64,000 bases of DNA from a virus (IMGVR_UViG_3300025769_000095:4902-68901); one strand, 5' to 3'; shown: positions 42,401 through 50,777, counted from the first letter of the stretch. The notes: a model not told the origin generated them from the sequence alone. Made by a program: numbers and translations.

Positions 42401-45400
42401 TTCAAAAAGAGTATTTTGTTTAATATTAGGTTCATAACTATAATTTCCATTTTCATCAAACTTCTTATACCTAACAAGACTTATTAACTCAGCTTTATAA
42501 GCTTTAAGTTTTTGTTGCCATTCTCTAAACTCAGGGGTACTTGTTTTTCTAGTACCTGACTTTCTAATAGCAATTGAATGTTCTCTTATTTTATTTAAAA
42601 TATCATCTACTTTAGCTTTTACTTCAGCATGCTTACCTACATTTACTTCATATACTCTAACCCATCTATATTCACCAGAAGTATCTTGAGCAAGAATAAA
42701 TAAGTTATCTTCATTTTTTCTTAACCTGTCACTTTGAATCTGAATGTCTGCAGTAATTCTATCTGTAGTACCTTGAAGGTTACTCATTTTTAAATCAAAA
42801 GCAGCTTTACCTTTTATAGGTAAAGCAACAGCTATGCCTTTTACAGATAACTTATCCCATATTTCAGATACTCTTCTTCTTTTAGCTCTAGTTGAATTAT
42901 TAACTCGACCTGGCCTTATTTGATCAAAAATAGCAAACCCACTAGACTCAATATATTTACCTGAAAAGTTTTTATCTAACAATGCTTTTTTATAAGCTTT
43001 AAATAATTCGTTTCTAATTTCAAAAGTTTGACTTCCAATTTCAGATTCTTTATTTAAGAAACCTATGTGATGTTCTTTTCCACTATTGTCTATTACTGTT
43101 ACTAGTATATATAGATCTTTAGGCTCTGGATTAGTTTGACTTGCATTTCTTTTAAAGTTAACAGGTACTTTAAACTTTATTTTAAATTCAAATGGGTCTC
43201 CATATAAATGCATATTTCTTAGAAAATGAACATCAACCTCATACCCATCTTGTTTTAATTCACTTATAAAATTATTTTCCCAAGGATTACCAGTTTTAAA
43301 GTTCCTTCGTAAAGTAAAAAGTTCTGTTCCTGGAATCCTGTCAACCCAAGAATCTAAAGTCATTATTTTTTCTCCAAAACCACTAGTTTCTAATGCAGGT
43401 GATTCATCTACATTTTCTTTATTACCAAAATCATCTCGATGTATTTGTAACTGATCAAAAATGTAATAAATTATATCACTTGGGTCAACTTTTTTTAAGG
43501 CATCTTTTGAAATATTTATTTTCTTTAAAATACCTTCTACCAATTTATTAAAATCATCTCGATCTAATGATTCAAAATAATTTCTAAACTCCTCACTTTT
43601 AAAATCTCTTAAAAGAGCTGTCTTTGCTCCTTTGTATTCTTGATTATTTAGAAGTTTAAAAATTGAGTTTAAATGATTTTCATTTGGGTTTGTAGTTATC
43701 TCAAATAATAACTTATCTATCTGCTCAGATAATTTTTCAATAGGAGTTTTTGTTTCTTCTTCTTTACCTTCTTTTTGCTGGCTTTCTTTTTTAGGTTCTC
43801 CTTTAACAATCTCTGTATTAGAAGCCAATACAGTTTTAGTAATACCAGTGTTACCTTTTGATTTATCTATTTTTACAACTACTCTATTACCTTTAAACTC
43901 TGTAACTACACCTTCTATTTCATCTCTAAGTCCAACTTTAGTGAGTACTTTAACACGGTCACCTTTCTTTATAGGATTTCCATTTTTATCTAACTTACCT
44001 TCTGATTTTTTACCTTCTTTTTCCTCAGTACTAGGTTTATCTTTTGAAGCTTCTACTTCTGCTTTTATACGTTCTTTTAACTCAGGAGTAATATATTTAT
44101 TAACTAAAGCTTGATGAGGTGGAATCATATCTTCAATAGATTCTCCAGCTAATAATGCTTTTTTATAAATAGCTATAGCTAATTCTTCTTCACTAGAAGG
44201 TAATGAACTCGGATCTTCTTCAGTATCTGTTTCTTCTTTTATTACTGTTGAGGTTAAATCTTTGGGTACTTCATTTTTAATGTCACCTATATAAGCACTA
44301 AGCTCATCATGAGTAACAAAAAAAGCTGTATCTGAACCTAATTCTTTTTCTAATATAGCTCCTGCAGAATCAATATCTTCTCCTGTTGGAGATACTGTTA
44401 TTAATGGTCCATAGTAATTACCTTCTAAATCAGTAACTCTTTGAAATGTAAAAACCTTTGCTATTGTAACAGTTTGAACAATTCCCCCTTCATAAAATTC
44501 TAATTGAATACTTCCATTAGAACTATCAATAGATTTACTACTATGAAACTTACCTATAAGAGCTTCCCTTTTATCAGGATCTTCTATAAGTTGTTTTACA
44601 TCATCAGGTGTAAGATTCTCTACGCCTTTGTAATCTCTTCCTTCGGCTTGTTCTTTCTTTTGTTGATCAGTAGTCTTTTTTTGTTTTGGTTTAGTAGTAA
44701 CTTCAATCTTTTCAAGCTTACTAATATCTTCTTCAATTAACTTATCATATTTGTCATTGATTTCATCTAAAATAATTTCATCAATAAAGCCATCAATAAG
44801 TTCATTTTGTATTTCTTTTTCTCTTTCAGCATTTCTTTTTTCAACTATATCTATAATTTTTAAAGCTCTTTCTAAATGAGCTTCTTGTTCTTTAAGTTTA
44901 TTAAGTTTAGCTTCAGGATCATTTTCATCAAAAATATCTTCTTCATCAGAAAACTCTTCATCTATTTCACTATCTACTCCAGACTCATCAATAACAGCTC
45001 CTTCAGAAGGATCTGGTGCAGCAGATTGATCTTCAACAGCTTTGTTAAACATATCAACTGAAGTATTAAAATCTTCAACCTTTGTACTGTTGTTGAGTAG
45101 ATCAAAACCCTCAGCTACTAAATCATAATAAGTAGTAGGAAATCCTATAAGCTTTAAAATTCCCTGAATAATTCTTTCAAAGAAATTAGCTTTACCTGCT
45201 ACTTTTTTATTTTTAAGTTTATTGACAAATCTTTGATCTGTCAAAGCAGCTAACATTTCTCTTGTATTAGTTAAAGCAAACTCATTTGCAAATTCAGGGT
45301 CTCTAACTAAATCTTGTCTTATTAATTCTAAATCATAAATAACATCCATTTGCTCTTCTGTAAGAGCTTCAGGGTTGGTATTTAATAAATGAAACATGTA

Positions 45401-48400
45401 ATCTAATGTACCATGAACCATTTCATGTACAATAGCCTTGCTGACATCACCAGATTGAAATAATGCAGGTATATTAATGTATATCTTTTTGTTAGCATGA
45501 TCATAAATACCACCTAACATTTGTCTACCTGTACCAAATACTATACTATCTGGAGAAGGGAATATTATTTTTAATCCAAACTTTTTAGCATTCTCTTTTA
45601 GCTTTTCAAAAATATTTCTAGTAGCATCATCTACATCAAGTTGATCAAGAATAGCATCTAATTCTTCAATAGTATATTCCTTATCATATTCTAACTTTGA
45701 TTTTTTTACATGCCTTCTTTTTCTTGATGCAAGTTTTCCTCTTCGATTATTTTTAATTAAAGCATCATGCCTTTCTTGAACATCTGTTAAAGTAATTTCT
45801 ACTCCTAATTCTTTTTTAACTTTTCTTTGAAACTTTTTAAAAGAGTTTTTATAATCATAATCATTAATAAACTCAGACAAAAGCTTTTTAAATAATGGAT
45901 TTTTATTATAAAGCTCAGAGTGTCTACTTGCTAAATCAATAACAGCAATATAAAAGTCATTATATGAAGTACTTCTTCCTTCGTTTATAAGATCTTGTAG
46001 TTCTCTTCTTACCTGTTCTAATTGTTGTTGAACAGAAGTCCTAGCAGCCTCTACATCAAAATCAGCATATGAACCTTCCTCTTGCTCAGGATCTTGTAAT
46101 TCAATTGCTGGAGCCTCACTATTAACCTCCTCAGTACCAGACGATGTATCATCATTATTAGCACTTGTATCTTCTTCAGCTGTTTCAGCTTCAGGTGTTT
46201 CTTCTAAGATAGGAACATCTCCTTTTTCAGAATTATTAATTAACTCTTCAGCTTGCTCTTTTGGTAAAGTTGTTTCTTCTTCTGTTCTAGAATCTTTAAT
46301 AGTATAAGTGTTACCTTCAGGATCAATATTAGATACTATTGCAGTGCCACCATTTGGAGTTGCAAATACTTTACCTATATTATATTTATACTTAGCTTCT
46401 TTTGGGGATTTGTTATTTGGATTTGCTTTGTCCCATTTTTCAGCTTGAGTAGCTTCTAATTTTGTTTTAGCATCATTGTCCATTCCACTAATAAATGGAC
46501 TACTCATTACATCTGTCATGTACTCTCCAAAACTATTATAATCACTCATGTTTAATGACTGCAATTCTTCAGCTACTCTAGCATCTCTTTGAGCAATAGC
46601 TCTATTTTTAATAGTTTGGAAAAAGTCTCTAGCTTTTTTATCTTGATTAGCATCTTTAGAAAAACTAGGGTTATCTAAATTCTCTTCAGCATCTTTAATT
46701 ATACTTTGATAAGAATCATAATTACTTGCTTTTTTTAATTTATCATTGTATATCATTTCACGAGTTTTTATATACTCGTCTGAAATGTTACCATTTTTTA
46801 AATCTTGCTCTTCTAAAAATGTACTTTTGTGATTAATTTCATGTCCTACTTTTTCATTAGACAATTTTTGAATATCTGTCCAATACTCTTCATTAATTTT
46901 GTAATCTTCAGCATTAAAACCTTCTTTAGATTCTATTTCAGATAGTTTTTTCTTTTCTTCATTAAGTAAATCTTGTATAGCATTTTGTTGATAAGGAGTT
47001 AAAGTTGGATCTTTACTTCTTTCTTCTAAATTTGAAATTCTTTTTTTAGTAACATTATAATTTACTACTTCAGAAGAACCTAGTCCTGAAACAAGAGTAT
47101 TAATTTTATTTTGAGCAGTATTAATAAGATTATTATAAAAAGCTCTCATTCCCCTTGCTACACTTACTCTTTGTTGATTAGGACCATTAGGATCTTCACT
47201 ATTAGAAGGATTACTAGCATCAATCGCTGCATTAATAGCTTCTATATTACTGTCTTGAGCATTATCAGGATTTGCAGCATTAAGCTCATCATTAAGAGCA
47301 TTTAATGTCTTTTTTAAAGCTTCTTGATCTCCACTTTTAACACCTTCTTCAATTATATTTCGAGCAGCTTCTACTTCAGGATCTTTACTTTGAAAAATAT
47401 CATTTATTTTTTGACCAAAGTTTTTAATCTTTTCTCTTGCTCCACCAATACCACCATAAAATACTCCACCTCCAAGAGCTCCAAAAAAACCAGAAGTATA
47501 TAACGCAGGATCTTTAAAGTATTTTTCTAAAGGTGCTTGACCTAATCTATAATTCTCTGTATCTTTTCCATATCTTCTAGCTTCTTCCCCTAATATATAT
47601 TGGAATACTTCTTCCCCACCTTCACCTAACATATTAGCTATAAGACCTTTAAAAGATTTTGCAGCAGCTTTTCCTAATTTCTTACCCATTAATCCCATCA
47701 TAAACTGAGGAGCGTCTGTAAGCATAGCTACATAACCAGTTCCATAATGAGCCATTGCTGCTTCACCTGCTAATTTTCTTGCATCTTCTTCACTTAAGTT
47801 TTTTTCTTCTATTCCATATTTATAGATTTCATCAAATGTTTCTTTTCCTTCCATCATCATTTCAAAGTGACGAGAAACAAGAGCTTGACCAAATCCAGCA
47901 GCAGCTTGCCTAGATATACCTTTAGCTGCTAATCCTTGACCTATTTTTTTAGTAAAATCTGTAATTCTAAAACCTCTACTTAATTTTCCAAACCTTGCTA
48001 AATTACCAAGTGCTCCTAATGTTCTAATTGTACCAACCGCAGGAATAGCTAATGAAATAGCAGATGCAATTGAACCTACATTTAATGCCCACCATTCTCC
48101 ATCAAAAAATCTAAACCCTTGTTGGGCTTGTTGACTAGCATATATTTTTCCAAAGGCATCCGTCTCTCTAATGTTTTCTCCCAATTTCATTAAAGCATTA
48201 TCAAAGTCAGTGTAACCTTGAGTTATCATTTCAGGTATTTCCCCCAAAGAACCAATAGCATATACTACATCTCCTAAAAACTCAGGAATAATCTTAGCAA
48301 CACCTATACCAAAAGCAACAAGGTCATTTTGATTAGCAGCCCTTACTTCGTTTTGGTCCATTCCTCTAAGTAGACCTATGTCATACTTATTTAGCTCCTC

Positions 48401-48658
48401 AAAGTTTAAAGCTTTTTCTTCAACTTTAAAAGCCATGTCTCCATAGTCAGGCTCAGGTACAGAACTTCTAATCTTACCCAATTCCTTAAAATGCTTAGAC
48501 GCAGCATTTAAATCAATAGTATTAGACAAATCTTTAAATCCATCTCCATTTTTATCAACATTAGTATTTTGTTGAGGAGTAGATTGTGGATCTGTATTTG
48601 CACCTTGAGGGTTTGTACCTTGTGGATCTGGTGGCAGATTAGAATTATTTTGGCTCAT
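30485..48658 (-). CDS. Giant virion RNA polymerase polyprotein (crAss-type double-psi beta-barrel RNAP) fused to zincins, SF1 helicase and PD-(D/E)xK nuclease
   Basis: GLDFDID (37817-37831), YRIP, AVDNGK; HEMVH (45413-27), HEAFH (41744-58); GKAGTGKT, DEASM, GDSGQL, SHQSQGST; LDL...YDIKT...KQLS. Confidence 0.88.
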   Translation of the reverse strand: MSQNNSNLPPDPQGTNPQGANTDPQSTPQQNTNVDKNGDGFKDLSNTIDLNAASKHFKELGKIRSSVPEPDYGDMAFKVEEKALNFEELNKYDIGLLRGMDQNEVRAANQNDLVAFGIGVAKIIPEFLGDVVYAIGSLGEIPEMITQGYTDFDNALMKLGENIRETDAFGKIYASQQAQQGFRFFDGEWWALNVGSIASAISLAIPAVGTIRTLGALGNLARFGKLSRGFRITDFTKKIGQGLAAKGISRQAAAGFGQALVSRHFEMMMEGKETFDEIYKYGIEEKNLSEEDARKLAGEAAMAHYGTGYVAMLTDAPQFMMGLMGKKLGKAAAKSFKGLIANMLGEGGEEVFQYILGEEARRYGKDTENYRLGQAPLEKYFKDPALYTSGFFGALGGGVFYGGIGGAREKIKNFGQKINDIFQSKDPEVEAARNIIEEGVKSGDQEALKKTLNALNDELNAANPDNAQDSNIEAINAAIDASNPSNSEDPNGPNQQRVSVARGMRAFYNNLINTAQNKINTLVSGLGSSEVVNYNVTKKRISNLEERSKDPTLTPYQQNAIQDLLNEEKKKLSEIESKEGFNAEDYKINEEYWTDIQKLSNEKVGHEINHKSTFLEEQDLKNGNISDEYIKTREMIYNDKLKKASNYDSYQSIIKDAEENLDNPSFSKDANQDKKARDFFQTIKNRAIAQRDARVAEELQSLNMSDYNSFGEYMTDVMSSPFISGMDNDAKTKLEATQAEKWDKANPNNKSPKEAKYKYNIGKVFATPNGGTAIVSNIDPEGNTYTIKDSRTEEETTLPKEQAEELINNSEKGDVPILEETPEAETAEEDTSANNDDTSSGTEEVNSEAPAIELQDPEQEEGSYADFDVEAARTSVQQQLEQVRRELQDLINEGRSTSYNDFYIAVIDLASRHSELYNKNPLFKKLLSEFINDYDYKNSFKKFQRKVKKELGVEITLTDVQERHDALIKNNRRGKLASRKRRHVKKSKLEYDKEYTIEELDAILDQLDVDDATRNIFEKLKENAKKFGLKIIFPSPDSIVFGTGRQMLGGIYDHANKKIYINIPALFQSGDVSKAIVHEMVHGTLDYMFHLLNTNPEALTEEQMDVIYDLELIRQDLVRDPEFANEFALTNTREMLAALTDQRFVNKLKNKKVAGKANFFERIIQGILKLIGFPTTYYDLVAEGFDLLNNSTKVEDFNTSVDMFNKAVEDQSAAPDPSEGAVIDESGVDSEIDEEFSDEEDIFDENDPEAKLNKLKEQEAHLERALKIIDIVEKRNAEREKEIQNELIDGFIDEIILDEINDKYDKLIEEDISKLEKIEVTTKPKQKKTTDQQKKEQAEGRDYKGVENLTPDDVKQLIEDPDKREALIGKFHSSKSIDSSNGSIQLEFYEGGIVQTVTIAKVFTFQRVTDLEGNYYGPLITVSPTGEDIDSAGAILEKELGSDTAFFVTHDELSAYIGDIKNEVPKDLTSTVIKEETDTEEDPSSLPSSEEELAIAIYKKALLAGESIEDMIPPHQALVNKYITPELKERIKAEVEASKDKPSTEEKEGKKSEGKLDKNGNPIKKGDRVKVLTKVGLRDEIEGVVTEFKGNRVVVKIDKSKGNTGITKTVLASNTEIVKGEPKKESQQKEGKEEETKTPIEKLSEQIDKLLFEITTNPNENHLNSIFKLLNNQEYKGAKTALLRDFKSEEFRNYFESLDRDDFNKLVEGILKKINISKDALKKVDPSDIIYYIFDQLQIHRDDFGNKENVDESPALETSGFGEKIMTLDSWVDRIPGTELFTLRRNFKTGNPWENNFISELKQDGYEVDVHFLRNMHLYGDPFEFKIKFKVPVNFKRNASQTNPEPKDLYILVTVIDNSGKEHHIGFLNKESEIGSQTFEIRNELFKAYKKALLDKNFSGKYIESSGFAIFDQIRPGRVNNSTRAKRRRVSEIWDKLSVKGIAVALPIKGKAAFDLKMSNLQGTTDRITADIQIQSDRLRKNEDNLFILAQDTSGEYRWVRVYEVNVGKHAEVKAKVDDILNKIREHSIAIRKSGTRKTSTPEFREWQQKLKAYKAELISLVRYKKFDENGNYSYEPNIKQNTLFEKEYLDENGFFSPEAFIESHNLYNRPCQVDYTKLSNDVYVESVLDRMETSLLDGDFYVYPAFRFKGYEAQGSSEDVSEEQKPSSKSPFGPSQRSRESKSTPPPSQPTPTGEGASEAIEPTQEPTQEPSSKKRGSGKRGSRKLGGNIFDDETTSPFRGKKFRLNEEQARKEMKELLGDFPLQIVDGLIDVGSFQAYGVAKRSLIKLSNQASNKTLYHEAFHIVFRGMLSDETRQTLLAEAKERYNLTEAEMQEARMIYDNLRKKYKNLPESTIEEIALEEKMANEFQEYRIADTGVKGALRKFFRVLKNFIKKISGNWKQIDTVFRKLDRGEYKEGIVANNFNDAFQPFELTTLQIQQSVSSGLAALDILLTKEYKNNPDSLMSIYANALNEDPELDLITSIDPDTNSVVNAFIEYAKSNPSHQEGILKVLKALRPDIKEFSFNEDGKIDDIIIYEIEPVKGPLYIEFLKGLASRGYSIKLDTSSLIEKDTDDTTDEQDSINKDKEENPRDAWSYDQSKISPKENMGYFIKRALSLIKKEGKIGFHGMPLYYDHHQLYPELQRVIGGAHNIPAMLKKLDAHPIFKQLKEYYEGWNNNQVTNVEELKKNARANKFVVQLFKLAQQKNSNTHVMVYLPGSNREANKPLYIKANRFTINKYITNNLKNLYKEGGQSILDLPLTKEAKAELGNKRNERLLSLLESHWLEAKKLLKESEEANPKESPAITLQRELQLKTHLGFLTDTLADFYVQDFQDTTFSVEGEKLFEWGKPGFLSNLLNKAKNDPRTFQEFYFKDPLYKNLSVFKYLKQITISSNGGIKYKGDKKGTSYDKLTTADHYNIMINSWFNNDSKSKGHISLPIYSDSPVNEMMEVNKLNNEEALGLIKEVFDFESNRIQQVDKNGTVANAPSNFAKNASSRLLVPQEMGSDVKEFEAWARKTASDLAEKLISDPNIQLHEGIELDPEKLQDYLTNFVLNHVAWQGQMILITAGDPAFYKSKGVGNVVDDFFKRVKELYSPVTYASSDAFWSNSKGEVTKVPSTMNIRILPDIETPAPQLNQLGKILGDENLSAYEQGVSLTDGMTLLTPHSYKYRMIAMGEWTEAKDLVWKLISSGKLPSKKHIDAIVKALPENSPIIEELKSIRSFETIKPYVYTMVLQKVLNDPNTSKLTPFQKKDSEILMIPFYGLKKIKTEKGEVDNPLYNPFYKRLLEESGYVFNPDGTVDYSNVDTEVDNGVYTFDSTLKAYKPNLNLSDEYNVEESIDSYLGEGAPIVSLSYDAWGKQQENPSHYYESSELFGTQIQKLIIVDLKNNHPNYDKIVKAYQQLIIDNIKISYAELTDEISNWNDLIKKLREDVINRGLGDDFLEMLQLDENGDPTVPLWHPVNSKTIESLLSSMYRKGVSDQKFSNGYSLINRSAVGFAKKPRIVFKDADGKIIKANDTKSVPKSIAYMEAILPVTNKEIAEYINDEGFIDQEAFNTMPESLKESIGYRIPNEYFYSDFKIKAIAFDPFSDTMTLPHEITAIAGLDFDIDKVKGFGAPSKVQTALQIAKRTNAGRKIVEDYNKRIEKLYENLVNTKESIPELKLELATLSSKISDLSLSSDPKEAEKQLLESLNSEEYKELKKRLGDLYNYKDTLYQNIKDLVAERDDLLLTDFEVVQQTERIQTKRANEKTLFNLMWNDILGDSSVASKQLKPGGFATVERLANKYKEGDVKLLMLDPVTTVNIAQRMNQGKALTGIAANALASNALWQHYNIQHKDGFLTRIVKLPVEITNNIKNDNFFNEKLLNSIKNFDAKFEANGAVQEVFRELLGNPSNHTKIIEEVLKFYKSFSENIDNKQSYNYPNLAKDLINTSSNANAYAVIQNLIKLAISEAAFAKKEKSRLEEKQSISFTQEEIDSIFNSMINNLTFKNGTTNIEIEELTNLSKEFDNTGVSKIQNMAEFLAAAVDNGKNPLAGYINVNSATSDYLFGLLSLGYSIPQAISVLNDPLVLQYTEDALLSKSKLANVLPKAGSSILYFDADGNVLNSSESIIGTLFGMKDLVSNISDLITNTKIGDGGLGANLSESAGSERRYQKASFDAYFVGAKEMFESSLEIPFYMETLVEYGISLPLDTIVNQIGFPNIKGETFKKILNKAERLKKNIYEKWDLTNDQIDSLYRQYFEYLGSVLYDYDMFKKSYAENRKKLMALQKSNPNNKFLKKLEFTKAGYIIYQGNINMDRNEVQDIKNDVKKLPSDVLEFLKVYSFYASGFRFTMGGFNQLLPLKTWANKKDFETLKSQLEYFDKGDSHVNNFLDQFIRNNFRDLDYIPEPIYSPYADPNNPSVLYINEHKRQRGIRFPYLKTYVPGYGNMLFKYYYNIKKWVSVSELSTYEDNTKRVQRYFFGEHAEDVYSSKPTLKTFTRQEFIPPPSASDAPPMGTTGSGESFGEDFFDSEFEDGDSSIPSSSNIPPQLISKEEETDQKPTPTEQPSTEQQQPVEQEGRKDISAVSYENLNDRQKNAHNRILDFFMGNNKGVDFLLQGKAGTGKTTIIKFITQKLAASASYMQKPILVLAPTNQAANNLKNAGVEKEETIKVSTISSGLGEEYDPTSNNFKRGKKTTAIEEATYIIIDEASMISESTYAKIREQNPTAKILFAGDSGQLIPVREGKDYLLLAKYLKLDPFIISELENINTEVDTSRGQAKTIAEAKLNDFVKKHKLGSYLSRPFLELKDNDSSSVKLFERVRQGEDSSILPWADHAWDSSHSDKKNKPKNPYSSLQRIDTEELVFIKEEEKNNLFNYAIERYKKAIKENNPNLFRIIGYRNATVNKTNARVRQTIFGDNPKPYYKGELLRVLDPFRLMVDGQAIAITKNTAAQIVGRPEEREDYFFKNVIDRLEVAGLLPKTFYEQWSKVKIRSHQLPLKIYGESTTQRVPFPEDYNIIMQFRKALKQERNKLKFSNPSAHRQLGGVFRDISDAYVRFDYAYAINSHQSQGSTYAEGLVLEDDIYSVTKDDPDNLSKSMYTAITRFSDRVFISSTLNGKVNPNGQTVKSPKEQALDFYTKELPEATKNVKISKDKTSYVDGSNTVMRNTHFISKPKFEKLTSPVQLTNASELEQRMANYSNGIVSASNNPLAAAFGGVTKNFNGDETIMLSVNSQEELAEIKALIDKAMGAGGWQKSVTFVFKTIAGLTKEGTPYEKDLIRYLYSKGVSYYEHDGLGMYVNANKSQLSETATTIGTKVDRFLRDYFSGVLSKDLSTYEIVEKGNEGALNGLIRQLDQFSKYLESKGETPIALESTFIDLYNGIGTTLDLVTVDEAGEERVYDIKTMRGDKISDGRYEQYDRAKHQKQLSIIRITAFNSHGRKYNRTGYIMPVVLNVYNANDTRVKSLTLKGDRTNDFSKGEYFIKHKLLDSVTNEHGDIVTFDGSKQPHQYDTATPYTGGLRQFRPLEKTAKAKAAPTIKLKITYKDVKSSFDSGIDSLTLNDINVLAKNNRMPEFTSLKQAKNWASEYLGWVLDGEGTALEALDYNLTDKAKASHLESLEIALGDETKAQKEFEIFEKFLNNTNSILRNLPIPTPSTSPAIETGGSQQAVNPLSQAGVKPTDMYGNAAKDIQMASESTQFIGFQSGSATVSSTNKYRLAWGDKANTGNYTSSDVVMVSGSGTFRGVTEAQILKTLKEKYKPLLEQAIEAGASFRVGNQYAKGNLSDKLVADYLSTKGYIEEKMNGYSRWSKTTQPTQQVQQPTTQSKMFDPNDRSIRPGAVVKYNGKTYLLWNINNSGKAQLIGIDGSKFSGTPSTSKLQVIGGYKTTMYNGTKYIVTDNNTIYSTATGKKVYEGLDDSSKKQKQTIIDQAEKAPKNTGFATLKDYSPIFGVTINEEYITLLKSDQNPSMLKLLDQNENEPSELKINKFALEYNRWAITSPIEAKENIMDFEFEGRPYAVLLDPYQGVVKFLHTSEFEYGENMDPDLQKELFLSSGNEDVISFHQKLCGL
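42023..42052. repeat. Short 12-bp coding tandem repeat (EPTQ)
   Basis: ggttcttgagtt units in a low-complexity linker of the polyprotein. Confidence 0.6.
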
Positions 48659-50768
48659 AATAATCTTTTAATAAAAGGCGATATTCATCTGTTGTAAGAA
48701 TACTACCATCATTTTTATAAATAGGTTGATTATTACCATTATACATATGACCTATTCGAGTTTCAAACTTATTTAAATAAGGATCTTTTTTTATCTTTTC
48801 TATTTGCGAATTAATATCATTTAATTTTTCTTGATCTACCTGTGTAAAATTACCACTTGCTCTGTTTCTTAATATATCAGCTCTCTGTTCTTTTAATTGA
48901 TCTAATGTATAAACATCAACTCCCCTACTATAAATTTTACCATATTTTTGATCCCACCCAGGAAGAGTTGATTGAATAGGAGTTGTCTTTTCAACACCTC
49001 CTTTTAAAGCTGCTTGAGAAATGTGATGAAATTCTCCTTGATAAGGATGGTGGGTTCTATTAGGATCTGGAATATAAAAAGTTACTCTTTTACTAGAATT
49101 AGCTTTATTTATATAAACTCCTTGTATTCCACCAATTAACAATTCGTTATCAGGTCTTACTTCTCCTAAAAGAGTAGCGTTTGCTAAAAATTCAGCATAC
49201 GATTGCTTTGATGTAGCATCAATTAAATCATCTACAGTTCCTTTACGAGGTGGTTTACCAGGTTCTATTATCCAAGCACCTAAATCTTTTATAGATCCCA
49301 TTCTAGCAGTTTGATTAGTTCCACTACCTAAAAGAGTACCTAAATAAGATTCAGTCCTTTCTTCTCTTAAATCATTGTTATAAGCATACATTGTATCTGT
49401 TGTAGATGACAACTGTTCTTTCTTTTCTTCGTATTTAGTTTTAATAAATTTATATGCTTCAGCAGAACTCATTCCATCAACTTGACTTTTAAGGCTTTGA
49501 TACACTTGATAAATTAAAGGATTTTCTTCTTGAGCTCTAGTATTTAAATAATCTTTAAAATCAATTTGTCCTGTTAAAGGTATTACTTCACCTGCTTCAT
49601 TTGTAAGTCCTGTAATAACACCTGTATATTCAGATACTTTTAAATCCCAATCTGGCAACCCACTATTTTTTGTATAAACAGCTGTTTCTATAGCAGTATG
49701 AGGATCGTCTAATTCTTTTTCATAATCTTTTAATGCTTTGCCTACAGCTAAGGTATTAAATTTAAAAGTTTTATCTACATACTTGTACCCTAATTTTTTA
49801 ACTACTGGTTTTAAATAATTACTTTTAATTTCATTATAAGCTATTGCATTAGGGTCTCTAGCTAATAAATCTTTTTCATATTCAGATATAGCATTTTGAA
49901 GATCTGTATTATTTGTTCCATCAACAGCTCCTTTATAATAACCTGCAGTAAGAAGCATTTGTTGAACTTCTTTTGTTTTACCATCTGCTATTGAATCTTT
50001 TAAACCATTAATAAAAGTTTCTGTGCTTGTTTTAATTGTGTCTTGTGTATAACCTAATAATCCAGCTTCAATTCTTAATTGTTGTTTGTATTTAGGTTGA
50101 CTTAAAATTGATTCAGCAGCTTCTAAAACTTCTTTTTCAGTAAGTTGTTCTATTGTTTCACCAATAACCATAAAACCTTTCTGATCATCATAGATATAGG
50201 TTCCCCTATCACCTTTCATTCCATTCAACTGCTCTAAAATATCTTTTGTAATATCTTGATACTTACCCCAAGTAGGTGAGTTTACTGAACCTACAACATA
50301 ATTACCATCAGCATCTATAGTAGAACCTTTAGTTTTTATAGCAGCTCGTGCAGCTTGTTTCCAATGCACAGGGTCATCTTTTAATAATTCATCTTGGTCT
50401 GCAATAACCTTTTGTGCTTTTTTATATAAAGATTCTTCTTCAGCAAACCATCCTCCAGGTTGTACAGCTCTTTTAACTTCACCAACTAATTCACTTTGTA
50501 ATTGTAACCCAGCAGCTAAGTTTCCATTTTTATAAGCATCTACTATTTTGTCACGGGAATCTCTAATTTTTCCCATTTGTGTTTCAACAGCATCTTTACT
50601 TTCACTAATATGTTGAGGTGTTCTTAAATCTCTAATAAGATTAAGCTCCTGTTGTTTTTGACCCAATACTTTTCCCCACAACTCCATATTGGGTTGCCAC
50701 TCCATTGGAGTGTACATTTGAAAAGATACATCTTTTCTAGTAGGAGTATAAAATCTATTTATAGCCAT
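48645..50768 (-). CDS. Virion cargo protein upstream of RNAP, with a PG-binding-like segment
   Basis: MAINRF N-terminus; VQQMLLTAGYYKGAVDG...NAISEYE resembles PG_binding_1; synteny with the crAss cargo locus. Confidence 0.55.
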   Translation of the reverse strand: MAINRFYTPTRKDVSFQMYTPMEWQPNMELWGKVLGQKQQELNLIRDLRTPQHISESKDAVETQMGKIRDSRDKIVDAYKNGNLAAGLQLQSELVGEVKRAVQPGGWFAEEESLYKKAQKVIADQDELLKDDPVHWKQAARAAIKTKGSTIDADGNYVVGSVNSPTWGKYQDITKDILEQLNGMKGDRGTYIYDDQKGFMVIGETIEQLTEKEVLEAAESILSQPKYKQQLRIEAGLLGYTQDTIKTSTETFINGLKDSIADGKTKEVQQMLLTAGYYKGAVDGTNNTDLQNAISEYEKDLLARDPNAIAYNEIKSNYLKPVVKKLGYKYVDKTFKFNTLAVGKALKDYEKELDDPHTAIETAVYTKNSGLPDWDLKVSEYTGVITGLTNEAGEVIPLTGQIDFKDYLNTRAQEENPLIYQVYQSLKSQVDGMSSAEAYKFIKTKYEEKKEQLSSTTDTMYAYNNDLREERTESYLGTLLGSGTNQTARMGSIKDLGAWIIEPGKPPRKGTVDDLIDATSKQSYAEFLANATLLGEVRPDNELLIGGIQGVYINKANSSKRVTFYIPDPNRTHHPYQGEFHHISQAALKGGVEKTTPIQSTLPGWDQKYGKIYSRGVDVYTLDQLKEQRADILRNRASGNFTQVDQEKLNDINSQIEKIKKDPYLNKFETRIGHMYNGNNQPIYKNDGSILTTDEYRLLLKDYYEPK

Positions 50769-50777
50769 ATCTATAAT

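Noticed and set aside
30485-48658. Inteins or additional introns in the RNAP polyprotein
   Set aside because: The frame is uninterrupted and no intein splice-junction or LAGLIDADG motifs were recognised by eye
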